Assembly (NCBI GenBank): GCA_947628985.1
Contig: CANRCA010000001.1
Span: 1 to 46,664, forward strand
Reading direction: 5' to 3'
Source: an uncultured Bacilli bacterium
Lineage (GTDB): Bacteria; Bacillota_I; Bacilli_A; RF39; UBA660
DNA length: 46,664 nt
Below are positions 1 to 7,288 of this stretch, piece by piece. The translations under genes were made by a program, and so were the position numbers. Position 1 is the first letter of the stretch, and each line of letters starts with the position of its first letter. The notes under the pieces were generated by a model, which was given only the letters and a program-made list of their open reading frames with translations, did not search any database and had not been told where the DNA came from.

Positions 1-20
1 CATTAAAGAAAACTATATAA
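1..20 (+). CDS. 3' end (partial) of a further upstream paralog of the TPKTG-anchored surface protein family
   Basis: nt 1-75 match 1906-1980 and 4576-4650, which are the last codons (..LKKTI, TAA) plus the downstream block of the two complete paralogs. Stop codon at 18-20. Confidence 0.7.
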
Positions 21-125
21 TATTAAAATTTAAATTTTAATATGTATATATACATGAGATGTAGTAAAACTACTTCACGAGGTGGCTGATTTTTTTAAAG
101 AGTTGGCATATATTTAGAATTCTAT
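1..125 (+). repeat. Conserved 3'-end/downstream block of surface-protein paralogs (copy 1 of 3)
   Basis: Near-identical to 1906-2030 with a few substitutions. The first 75 nt are also shared with 4576-4650. Contains the 14-nt palindrome atgtatatatacat (42-55). Confidence 0.85.
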
Positions 126-209
126 TAAATATATTGAATAAATTAATAATATTAGATAATAAGCAATTTTTTGAATATAATATTAATATAGATTATTTTG
201 TACTGAATA

Positions 210-238
210 TTGACTTTTAGTACAATTTGTATTATATT
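210..238 (+). promoter_or_regulatory. Sigma-A-like promoter for the antitoxin RNA/toxin operon
   Basis: TTGACT (210-215), 17-nt spacer, TATATT (233-238). Lies about 30 nt upstream of the repeat array. Confidence 0.5.
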
Positions 239-271
239 AATATTGCATTTGAAAAAGTGCATTAATTAGAA

Positions 272-376
272 AATGTTTCTCGCTCCCGGATGGTGCGAGT
301 AATAAATTATTCCGGACGACAATGTTTCTCGCTCTCGGGTGGTGCGAGTAATAAATTATCCCGAACGAAAATGTTA
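272..376 (+). ncRNA. Type III antitoxin-like RNA: 49-nt direct repeat x 2.1
   Basis: Repeat units begin at 272, 321 and 370 (the last partial). Each unit has a CTCGC/GCGAG hairpin (279-283/295-299; 328-332/344-348). The hairpin loop pairs with a downstream pentamer: CCGGA 286-290 with TCCGG 311-315, and TCGGG 335-339 with CCCGA 360-364. The two units differ by two compensatory base-pair changes. Confidence 0.8.
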
Positions 377-378
377 TG

Positions 379-412
379 AAAACTTCTATCGCTATGATAG
401 AGTTTTCTTTTT
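379..412 (+). terminator. Rho-independent terminator between the RNA repeats and the toxin ORF
   Basis: 11-bp stem, aaaacttctatc (379-390) with gatagagtttt (396-406), one bulged T, followed by cttttt. This is the position expected in type III TA loci. Confidence 0.7.
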
Positions 413-432
413 ATATATGAAGGAGTGCAATT

Positions 433-921
433 ATGAAAGTTAAAACAGGGTATTTATATCATATAAAAGATGAATTTTTTGAAAAAGTTAATGATGAAAG
501 TCTTATGACTAATCATGAACTTGGTAAAAAAAGACCTACATATTTTACTATTAAAGATAAAAATATTTTATGGTTTATTCCATTGAGTAGTAAAGTAGAA
601 AAATATGAAAGGATAATTGCTAAAAAAGTTAAAAAATATGGTAGTTGTAATACTATTCTTATTAGAAAAATTTTAGGTAAAGATTCAGTTATTTTATTAC
701 AAAATGCTTTTCCTACAATAGAAAAATATATAGATCATGTTCATTTACTTGATAATGGTAAACCAGCTAAGGTAATTGAATCATTAAAAGATGAAATATT
801 AGTAAATTTTAAATATTTATTAAAATTAAAAAAACAAGGAATAAATTTATTTTTTACAGATATTGATAAAATTGAAAAACTTATGTTAAAAGAATTAAAA
901 GAAATTAAAAATAGCAAATAA
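433..921 (+). CDS. Type III TA toxin, ToxN/AbiQ/CptN-like endoribonuclease
   Basis: 162 aa with RBS aaggag upstream. The N-terminus (YxIKDEFFEKVND ... WFIPLSSKVEKY) resembles the ToxN/AbiQ pattern (Y..YL..FD.KV ... Y.APL[ST]SPK) as I recall it. The gene context (repeats plus terminator) is diagnostic. Confidence 0.75.
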   Translation: MKVKTGYLYHIKDEFFEKVNDESLMTNHELGKKRPTYFTIKDKNILWFIPLSSKVEKYERIIAKKVKKYGSCNTILIRKILGKDSVILLQNAFPTIEKYIDHVHLLDNGKPAKVIESLKDEILVNFKYLLKLKKQGINLFFTDIDKIEKLMLKELKEIKNSK

Positions 922-956
922 AAAGCAAAAATAAAGCTCTAGCTGCATTCGTCGCA

Positions 957-1925
957 ATGCCATTAGTAAATGCTGCAGAACATGAATATGATGCTGCTCA
1001 TTATGTTGCAACTAGTAAAGTAAGCGAAGGTACAACAAAAGCTACTTGTACAGCAACAGCCAGCACAATGGAAGATAATACATTAGATGTAGTGTGTAAC
1101 GCAATAACTGATGTTGAATTAGAAAATGTTAAAGCTGCTGATGCTAAAGGATTTAAGACTGAAGGAAGAGGATATTGGCTTAATGTTCAAGTTGATTTAT
1201 CAGGTTTACATACAGATGTTTCATTAGAACATGCTGAATCTACAGTTAATTTTAATGGTCAAACTATAAGATTAAATAATGATAAATATGTAACTAAAAA
1301 TAAACTTGATTTATGGGTTAAATTAGATCCTAACAAAATCGGAACTAAAGAAAAAAGTAGTCCAGTAGTTGCAATCCTAAACTTCCGTGATACTAAAGAT
1401 AATGAAGGAAATGGAAAAACATATAGTCAAAAATTAAATATAAGAGTTGACTATACTAGTTCAACATCTAAAAATACTCCTAAAACATCAGGAGTATATG
1501 TACTTCAAATTGCAAAATCTTTAGATGGTAAAATTGGAAAACCAGAAACAGTATATGTACCATTTACTGAAACTGCACCAAAACTAAATAAAGTTAGTGA
1601 ACTAGATAAATATTTAACTGAAACTGGATATTTATTTAGAGGTGTAAAGGAAACTACAGATTTTCAAACTGCTACAACTCTTGTTGATTTAGCTGCAACT
1701 GATCTTACAGATGGTAAAAAATATGTAGTAGTATTTGAAAAAGATTCAAATTATGTAGCACCAGCAGATAAACCTGAAGAAACACCAGGAAGTAGTACTA
1801 CAAAACCAGCAGATAAAGATAAAGATAGTACACCAAAAACAGGAAATACTGATTTAATGGGATTCGTTCCATTGATGACATTACTTTCTTTAGTTGGAAT
1901 TGTAACATTAAAGAAAACTATATAA
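957..1925 (+). CDS. Cell-wall surface protein paralog A (TPKTG sorting signal); N-terminus apparently truncated
   Basis: The C-terminus is TPKTGNTDLMGFVPLMTLLSLVGIVTLKKTI, i.e. an (S/P)PxTG-like motif, a TM helix and a basic tail. Homologous to 3574..4596. The first ATG lies inside the signal-peptide region of paralog B. The upstream frame is open only back to TAG 912-914 and contains no ATG, GTG or TTG. Confidence 0.7.
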   Translation: MPLVNAAEHEYDAAHYVATSKVSEGTTKATCTATASTMEDNTLDVVCNAITDVELENVKAADAKGFKTEGRGYWLNVQVDLSGLHTDVSLEHAESTVNFNGQTIRLNNDKYVTKNKLDLWVKLDPNKIGTKEKSSPVVAILNFRDTKDNEGNGKTYSQKLNIRVDYTSSTSKNTPKTSGVYVLQIAKSLDGKIGKPETVYVPFTETAPKLNKVSELDKYLTETGYLFRGVKETTDFQTATTLVDLAATDLTDGKKYVVVFEKDSNYVAPADKPEETPGSSTTKPADKDKDSTPKTGNTDLMGFVPLMTLLSLVGIVTLKKTI

Positions 1926-2030
1926 TATTAAAATTTAAATTTTAATATGTATATATACATGAGATGTAGTAAAACTACTTCACAAGGTGGCTGACTTTTT
2001 TTAAGAGTTAGGAATAATATTTTGAATTCT
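1906..2030 (+). repeat. Conserved 3'-end/downstream block (copy 2 of 3)
   Basis: Matches 1-125. Confidence 0.85.
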
Positions 2031-2063
2031 TAATATCTTTAATAATATTTATTATAAAAACGC

Positions 2064-2097
2064 TTGATTTCCACCAGAAATTATCATATAATGATAA
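2064..2097 (+). promoter_or_regulatory. abiE promoter with overlapping inverted repeat (candidate AbiEi operator)
   Basis: TTGATT (2064-2069), 17-nt spacer, TATAAT (2087-2092). A perfect inverted repeat, TTATCAT-ata-ATGATAA (2081-2097), spans the -10 element. Confidence 0.55.
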
Positions 2098-2111
2098 ATA
2101 GAGGTGAAAAT

Positions 2112-2702
2112 ATGATAATAACAAGTAATATTGCTAAAAATTCTATGATTAACTATTCTAATAAAAATACTAAGTTATCAAGAGAAGTTAAAGAAGGAAA
2201 GTTAATCAAAATTATAAATGGATTATATGAAACAGATATTAATACACCTAGCTATTTATTAGCTGGAAGTATATATGGACCATCATATATTTCTTTTGAA
2301 TATGCTTTATCTTATTATGGATTAATTCCTGAAAGAGTAAATGTTATAACTTGTGCAACTTTTAATAAGAAAAAGAAGAAAATTTTTAATACGCAGTTTG
2401 GAACTTTTACTTATAGAGATGTTCCAATATTAGCTTATCCAGAAGAAATAATTTTAAAAGAAGAAAATAATTATTCATATCAAATAGCAACACCAGAAAA
2501 AGCATTATGTGATAAATTATATACTTTAAAGCCATTATTGAATTATAGTAATTTAGAAAAAATATTATTTGATGATTTACGTATTGGAAAAATTGAATTT
2601 GATAAATTAGATATTGATAAAATAAATAAATTAAGTAATTTATATCATTCAACAAATATTGAATTATTAGCTAAATATATGAGGAGAAATAAAAATGAAT
2701 AA
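2112..2702 (+). CDS. abiEi: AbiEi-family type IV TA antitoxin / transcriptional regulator
   Basis: Start moved to ATG 2112, behind RBS agaggtg. The TTG at 2064 in the ORF track is the -35 box. The motif GLYE...YLLAGSIYGPSYISFEYALSYYGLIPE is typical of AbiEi. Overlaps the downstream AbiEii gene by 8 nt. Confidence 0.75.
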   Translation: MIITSNIAKNSMINYSNKNTKLSREVKEGKLIKIINGLYETDINTPSYLLAGSIYGPSYISFEYALSYYGLIPERVNVITCATFNKKKKKIFNTQFGTFTYRDVPILAYPEEIILKEENNYSYQIATPEKALCDKLYTLKPLLNYSNLEKILFDDLRIGKIEFDKLDIDKINKLSNLYHSTNIELLAKYMRRNKNE

Positions 2703-3555
2703 TATAATAAATCAAATGATTTCGAAATATGAAATTAAAAATACTAATGATGAAATTAATGCTTTAAAAGAAATAATTCAAGAGATAGTTTTATCTAGTT
2801 TATCAAGAGGAAAATTTTTTGATGAAGCTGCATTTTATGGAGGTAGTGCATTAAGAATTTTTTATAATTTAGATAGATTTTCAGAAGATTTGGATTTTGC
2901 ATTAATTTCTTCTAATAATAATTTTGATTTAAATAAATATTTTGTATATATTGAAAAAGAATTAAAAGCATATGGATTAAATTTAGAAATAGATTCAAAA
3001 AATAAAAAATTAGATTCTAATATTGAATCTGCTTTTGTAAAAGGAGATACATTAAAACTTATTTTAAAATTTTTTCCAAATGAACAAAATCATAAATATA
3101 ATTACATTTTAAAAGATATTAAAATCAAATTTGAAGTAGATATTAATCCTGCAAAAGGAGCAACATATGAAGATAAATATAAATTATTGCCTAGTCCTCA
3201 TCAAATAAAATTATATGATAAAGAATCTTTATTTGCAGGAAAAATTCATGCTATTTTATGTCGTAATTGGAAAACTAGAACTAAAGGAAGAGATTTATAT
3301 GATTATATATTCTTTTTATCTAATTCTACTAAAGTAAATATAGAATTAATTAAAAATAAGTTAATAGCATCAAATTATATAGATCCTAATTGTGATTTTA
3401 ATATAAATTTATTAAAAGAATTATTAATAAAAAAATTTAATGAAATAGACTATAAAGAAGCTAAAGAAGATATTATGCCATTTATTAAAGATGTAAATAG
3501 TTTAAATTTATGGAATAAAGAATTTTTTATAAATATTACTGAAAATTTAAATTAA
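2695..3555 (+). CDS. abiEii: AbiEii/AbiGii-family nucleotidyltransferase toxin (DUF1814)
   Basis: FYGGSALRIFYNLDRFSEDLDFAL matches the GG[ST]AL...R.S.DLDF nucleotidyltransferase motif of AbiEii. Bicistronic with the AbiEi gene. Confidence 0.8.
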   Translation: MNNIINQMISKYEIKNTNDEINALKEIIQEIVLSSLSRGKFFDEAAFYGGSALRIFYNLDRFSEDLDFALISSNNNFDLNKYFVYIEKELKAYGLNLEIDSKNKKLDSNIESAFVKGDTLKLILKFFPNEQNHKYNYILKDIKIKFEVDINPAKGATYEDKYKLLPSPHQIKLYDKESLFAGKIHAILCRNWKTRTKGRDLYDYIFFLSNSTKVNIELIKNKLIASNYIDPNCDFNINLLKELLIKKFNEIDYKEAKEDIMPFIKDVNSLNLWNKEFFINITENLN

Positions 3556-3573
3556 ATTTATATTTTATAAATT

Positions 3574-4596
3574 ATGTCAAATAAAATAGCTCTAGCTGCA
3601 TTCGTCGCAATGCCATTAGTAAATGCTGAAGAACATGAATATGATGAAGATCATTATATTACAACTGTTGCTGCTGATGAAACAAGCACAGGTACTGGAA
3701 CATGTACAGCAACACCTAATGTGGCTAATGAAAAAGTTTTAGATGTAGTTTGTTCTAAATTAAATGTTAAATATACTAAGGTAGACAAAGCTGAAGGATT
3801 TAAAACTACAGGTAGAGGATATTGGTTTAGATTAGATGTAACATTACCAACAGATAGTAAAAAACATATTTCTTTAGATCACACAGATTCAAAAGTAACT
3901 TTGGGAAATACATCATTTAGATTAAATGATGAAAAAGTTGTTAATGGTGGAACAACAGCTTACTTGTGGTTAAAATTAGATCCAACATTAGTTGGAAGTA
4001 AGAAAACAGTTTCATTAGGTACAGCAACATTTGCATTCCGTGATACTAAAGATGGAGATGGAAAGACTTATACTCAAGAACTTAATCTTTATGTTAAATA
4101 TGATAATGGAAGTCAAGTAAAAGTAACAAATACAGCAAGTGAATCAGGAGTATACCAAATCAAAGTTGGAGAATATGTTGATGGAAAAGTAACAGATACT
4201 ATTCATACAGTAGAAGTTCCATATGTTGATGGAAACGAAACAACTAAAAAAGTTTCAGAAGTAGTAGGAAATGCTTTAGATCAATATATGAAAAAAGCTG
4301 GTTATACATTCAAAGGATGGTTCAGTAAAACTGGTGATGCAGTAGTAAAAACAAGTTATTTAAATCTTGCTGAAACAGCATTTACAGATAATTTAGAAAT
4401 AACAGCTGTATTCGAAAAAGATCCAAATTATGTAGCACCAGCAGATAAACCAGCAGACAAACCAAGTGATACAAAACCAGCAGATAAAGATAAAGATAGT
4501 ACACCAAAAACAGGAAATACTGATTTAATGGGATTCGTTCCATTGATGACATTACTTTCTTTAGTTGGAATTGTAACATTAAAGAAAACTATATAA
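3574..4596 (+). CDS. Cell-wall surface protein paralog B (signal peptide, Listeria-Bacteroides/InlB B-type repeat, TPKTG sorting signal)
   Basis: Signal peptide MSNKIALAAFVAMPLVNA. GYTFKGWFSKTGD is a Flg_new-type repeat. Same C-terminal TPKTG anchor as paralog A. Starts 18 nt after the abiEii stop, with no obvious SD. Confidence 0.8.
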   Translation: MSNKIALAAFVAMPLVNAEEHEYDEDHYITTVAADETSTGTGTCTATPNVANEKVLDVVCSKLNVKYTKVDKAEGFKTTGRGYWFRLDVTLPTDSKKHISLDHTDSKVTLGNTSFRLNDEKVVNGGTTAYLWLKLDPTLVGSKKTVSLGTATFAFRDTKDGDGKTYTQELNLYVKYDNGSQVKVTNTASESGVYQIKVGEYVDGKVTDTIHTVEVPYVDGNETTKKVSEVVGNALDQYMKKAGYTFKGWFSKTGDAVVKTSYLNLAETAFTDNLEITAVFEKDPNYVAPADKPADKPSDTKPADKDKDSTPKTGNTDLMGFVPLMTLLSLVGIVTLKKTI

Positions 4597-4650
4597 TATT
4601 AAAATTTAAATTTTAATATGTATATATACATGAGATGTAGTAAAACTACT
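4576..4650 (+). repeat. Conserved 3'-end/downstream block (copy 3 of 3, short form)
   Basis: Matches 1-75 and 1906-1980, then diverges after ..aaaactactt. Confidence 0.85.
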
Positions 4651-4686
4651 TTATTATTATGCTTAATTTTTAGTGAAATAATGTGT

Positions 4687-4917
4687 TTGACAATAAAAAG
4701 TAATTATGTTAAAATTTTTTTATTAAATGTGGAAGAAATATTAATAAATCTCTTATTATAGTGAGCATTAGGATAGTGAAAACTAAGCATAATATTTATT
4801 AATTCCTATCTTCGTTAACAGATGAAGAAAAACTTCATACGGATAAACCGTTATATAATAAAGATAAATAAAGGATGGTACCGTCTATATGACTCCTTGT
4901 GCTATCCTTTTTATTTT
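4687..4917 (+). promoter_or_regulatory. T-box riboswitch leader (proline specifier) with promoter and terminator
   Basis: Promoter: TTGACA 4687-4692, 17-nt spacer, TGtTAAAAT. Stem I elements: tagtgagc and aggatagtgaaaact. Candidate specifier CCT (4805-4807) followed by A. T-box sequence aaaggatggtaccgtc (4870-4885). Terminator aaaggat/atccttt followed by ttatttt. Confidence 0.85.
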
Positions 4918-4927
4918 GGGAGGTAAA

Positions 4928-6349
4928 ATGAAAAACGATAAAATTACTTTAAGAAGTGAAGATTTTGGTAAATGGTATACTGATATAGTAAAAGCTGCTA
5001 AACTTGCAGATTATAGTAGTGTAAAAGGCTGTATTATTTTTGAACCTAACGGTTATGCTATATGGGAAAAAATGCAAAGTATATTAGATAATATGTTTAA
5101 ATTAAGTAATCATCAAAATGTTTATTTACCAGTATTAATTCCAGAAGGATTATTAAAAAAAGAAGGAGAACTTATAAATGGCTTTGCTCCTGAATGTGCA
5201 TGGATTAGTGAAGGAGGACAAAATAAACTTGAAGAAAGACTTGCATTTCGTCCAACTAGTGAAACTTTATTTAGTGATTATTATAGTAAAACTGTTAAAA
5301 CATATAGAGATTTACCAAAATTATATAATCAATGGTGTAATGTAATTAGATGGGAAAAAGAAACTAGACCATTTTTAAGAAGTCGTGAATTTTTATGGCA
5401 AGAAGGACATACTGTTCATGCAACTTGTGAAGAAGCAGAAATGGAAACTCATAGAATGTTAGATACATATAAAGATTTTTTTGAAAATTATTTAGCTATA
5501 CCTGTTATAACAGGAAAGAAAACTGAAAAAGAAAAGTTTGCTGGTGCTGAATATACATTAACAGTTGAAGCATTAATGCAAAATGGAGTTAGTTTACAAT
5601 CAGCAACTAGTCATTACTTTGGTCAAAAATTTGCAAAAGCATATGATATAAAATTTATAAATAAAAATAATGAATATGAATATTGTTATCAAACATCTTG
5701 GGGTTCTACTACTAGAATGATTGGTGCATTAATAATGGTTCATTCTGATGATAGAGGTCTTGTTTTACCACCTAAAATAGCACCTAAACAAGTATGTATT
5801 ATTCCTATTAAAAATGATGAAAAATTATATAGTATATGTGAAAAAATTAATGAATCCCTACATTCAAAAAATATATCATCATATATAGATTATAGTGATA
5901 AAAGTGCAGGATTTAAGTTTGCTGAAGCAGAAGTTAATGGAATACCACTTCGTATTGAAGTAGGACCACGTGATTTAGAAAATAATGAAGTAACTATTGT
6001 AAGACGTGATACATTAGAAAAAGAAGTAGTAAAATTAAATGATATAATTAATGTTACAACTCAATCATTAGATAAAATACAAAATAATTTATATGAAAAA
6101 GCTCTTAAAAATATGAAAGAAAGAACTTATGAAGTAGAAACATTAAAAGAAGTAGAAGACATTATGAATACAAAACCAGGATTTGTTAATGCATATTGGT
6201 GTGGTAATGAAGAATGTGAACTTAAAATGAAAGAAATTAAAGGTACTAAATCAAGATGTATAATTGAAAGTAAAGATTATGAAGATAAAAAATGTGTAGT
6301 ATGTGGAAAAGATGCTAAACATAAAGTAGTATGGGGAATACAATATTAA
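4928..6349 (+). CDS. proS: Proline--tRNA ligase (archaeal/eukaryote-like type with C-terminal Zn-binding domain)
   Basis: Start at ATG 4928, behind gggagg. The upstream part of the track ORF covers the T-box terminator. Class II motifs (FRPTSE, REFLWQEGHT) are present, and the protein ends in ..VWGIQY. Confidence 0.93.
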   Translation: MKNDKITLRSEDFGKWYTDIVKAAKLADYSSVKGCIIFEPNGYAIWEKMQSILDNMFKLSNHQNVYLPVLIPEGLLKKEGELINGFAPECAWISEGGQNKLEERLAFRPTSETLFSDYYSKTVKTYRDLPKLYNQWCNVIRWEKETRPFLRSREFLWQEGHTVHATCEEAEMETHRMLDTYKDFFENYLAIPVITGKKTEKEKFAGAEYTLTVEALMQNGVSLQSATSHYFGQKFAKAYDIKFINKNNEYEYCYQTSWGSTTRMIGALIMVHSDDRGLVLPPKIAPKQVCIIPIKNDEKLYSICEKINESLHSKNISSYIDYSDKSAGFKFAEAEVNGIPLRIEVGPRDLENNEVTIVRRDTLEKEVVKLNDIINVTTQSLDKIQNNLYEKALKNMKERTYEVETLKEVEDIMNTKPGFVNAYWCGNEECELKMKEIKGTKSRCIIESKDYEDKKCVVCGKDAKHKVVWGIQY

Positions 6350-6375
6350 TGTCAACACATAATGTCAAAAAATTA

Positions 6376-6527
6376 TTGACAAACGAATATAATTAATATA
6401 TAATCTAAGTTGTTGAAAAAGAAAGAAAGAGAATCCACTCTTCACCAGATGTAAAAGTACATTGGTAAAAAGGCTTATTTAAATTATTAAATATGTTTTT
6501 AAAGTGGACTCTAGTTCCACTTTTTTA
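6376..6527 (+). promoter_or_regulatory. infC-rpmI-rplT promoter and L20-type attenuator leader
   Basis: TTGACA 6376-6381, 17-nt spacer, TATAAT 6399-6404. Terminator agtgga/tccact (6503-6521) followed by TTTTTT. A second TCCACT at 6435-6440 can compete for the AGTGGA arm as an antiterminator. Confidence 0.65.
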
Positions 6528-6550
6528 ATTAATATATGGAGGTGTTAGAA

Positions 6551-7072
6551 ATAGCCAAGAATAATGAAGTTCAAATTAATGAACAAATAACTTTACCTGA
6601 AGTTATGGTAATTGGACCAAATGGCGAAAAAATGGGCATCAAAAAGATAGAAGATGCTTTGACTTTATCAAAATATGCAGGATTAGATTTAGTTTTATTA
6701 AATAATGATCCTAAAAATCCAGTTTGTAAAATAATTGATTATAACAAATATCGTTATGAAAAACAAAAACAAATTAAGGAAGCAAAAAAGAAACAAAGGG
6801 AACAAAATCTTGAATTAAAAGAATATAGACTTAGTGTTAGTATCGATGTTGGAGATTTTGAAACTAAACTTAGAAATGCTAAAGCATATTTAGAAAAAGG
6901 TCATAAAATAAAAGTTACTGTTAGATTTAAGGGAAGACAACTATCTCATCCAGAGTTAGGTAAAGATGTTATTATGAAATTTGCAGATAGATTAAGCGAT
7001 GTTGCTGAAATCGAATCTATGCCTAAAATGGAAGGTAGAAGTATGCAGTTATTCTTAACACCAAAAAAATAG
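6551..7072 (+). CDS. infC: Translation initiation factor IF-3
   Basis: Clear IF-3 homology. GGAGGTG (6538-6544) lies 6 nt before ATA 6551. The ATG at 6536 overlaps the SD, so a non-canonical ATA start is more likely. The alternative annotation is 6536..7072. Confidence 0.9.
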   Translation: MAKNNEVQINEQITLPEVMVIGPNGEKMGIKKIEDALTLSKYAGLDLVLLNNDPKNPVCKIIDYNKYRYEKQKQIKEAKKKQREQNLELKEYRLSVSIDVGDFETKLRNAKAYLEKGHKIKVTVRFKGRQLSHPELGKDVIMKFADRLSDVAEIESMPKMEGRSMQLFLTPKK

Positions 7073-7089
7073 AAAGGAAGATGTAAATT

Positions 7090-7287
7090 ATGCCAAAAAT
7101 GAAATCACATGGTGGAATTAGTAAAAAAATTAAAGTAAGAGCATCAGGCTCTACCAAAATAGGACATGTTGGTGCTAATCATAATAGTGGAAAAAAACCA
7201 ACAGACTTCAATAGAAAATCTAGAAAAGGTTCTGTTTTAAGTTCAGCAGATAGCAAAAGATATAAGAGATTAGGGGGAATAAAGTAG
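7090..7287 (+). CDS. rpmI: 50S ribosomal protein L35
   Basis: MPKMKSH..., 65 aa and basic. Conserved position between infC and rplT. Confidence 0.95.
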   Translation: MPKMKSHGGISKKIKVRASGSTKIGHVGANHNSGKKPTDFNRKSRKGSVLSSADSKRYKRLGGIK

Positions 7288-7288
7288 T

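Noticed and set aside
42-55. The perfect palindrome atgtatatatacat, repeated at 1947-1960 and 4617-4630, considered as IS terminal repeats, an att site or an operator.
   Set aside because: It is part of the block duplicated with the 3' ends of the surface-protein paralogs. No transposase or integrase is present, and there are no target-site duplications. Duplication of the gene unit explains its recurrence.
272-376. The 49-nt direct repeats, considered as a mini CRISPR array or as a tandem guanidine-II (mini-ykkC, ACGR-loop) riboswitch.
   Set aside because: The repeats are contiguous with no spacers, and there are no cas genes. The ACGA(C/A) motifs sit in single-stranded tails, not in hairpin tetraloops. 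The repeat + terminator + ToxN-like ORF architecture fits type III TA much better.
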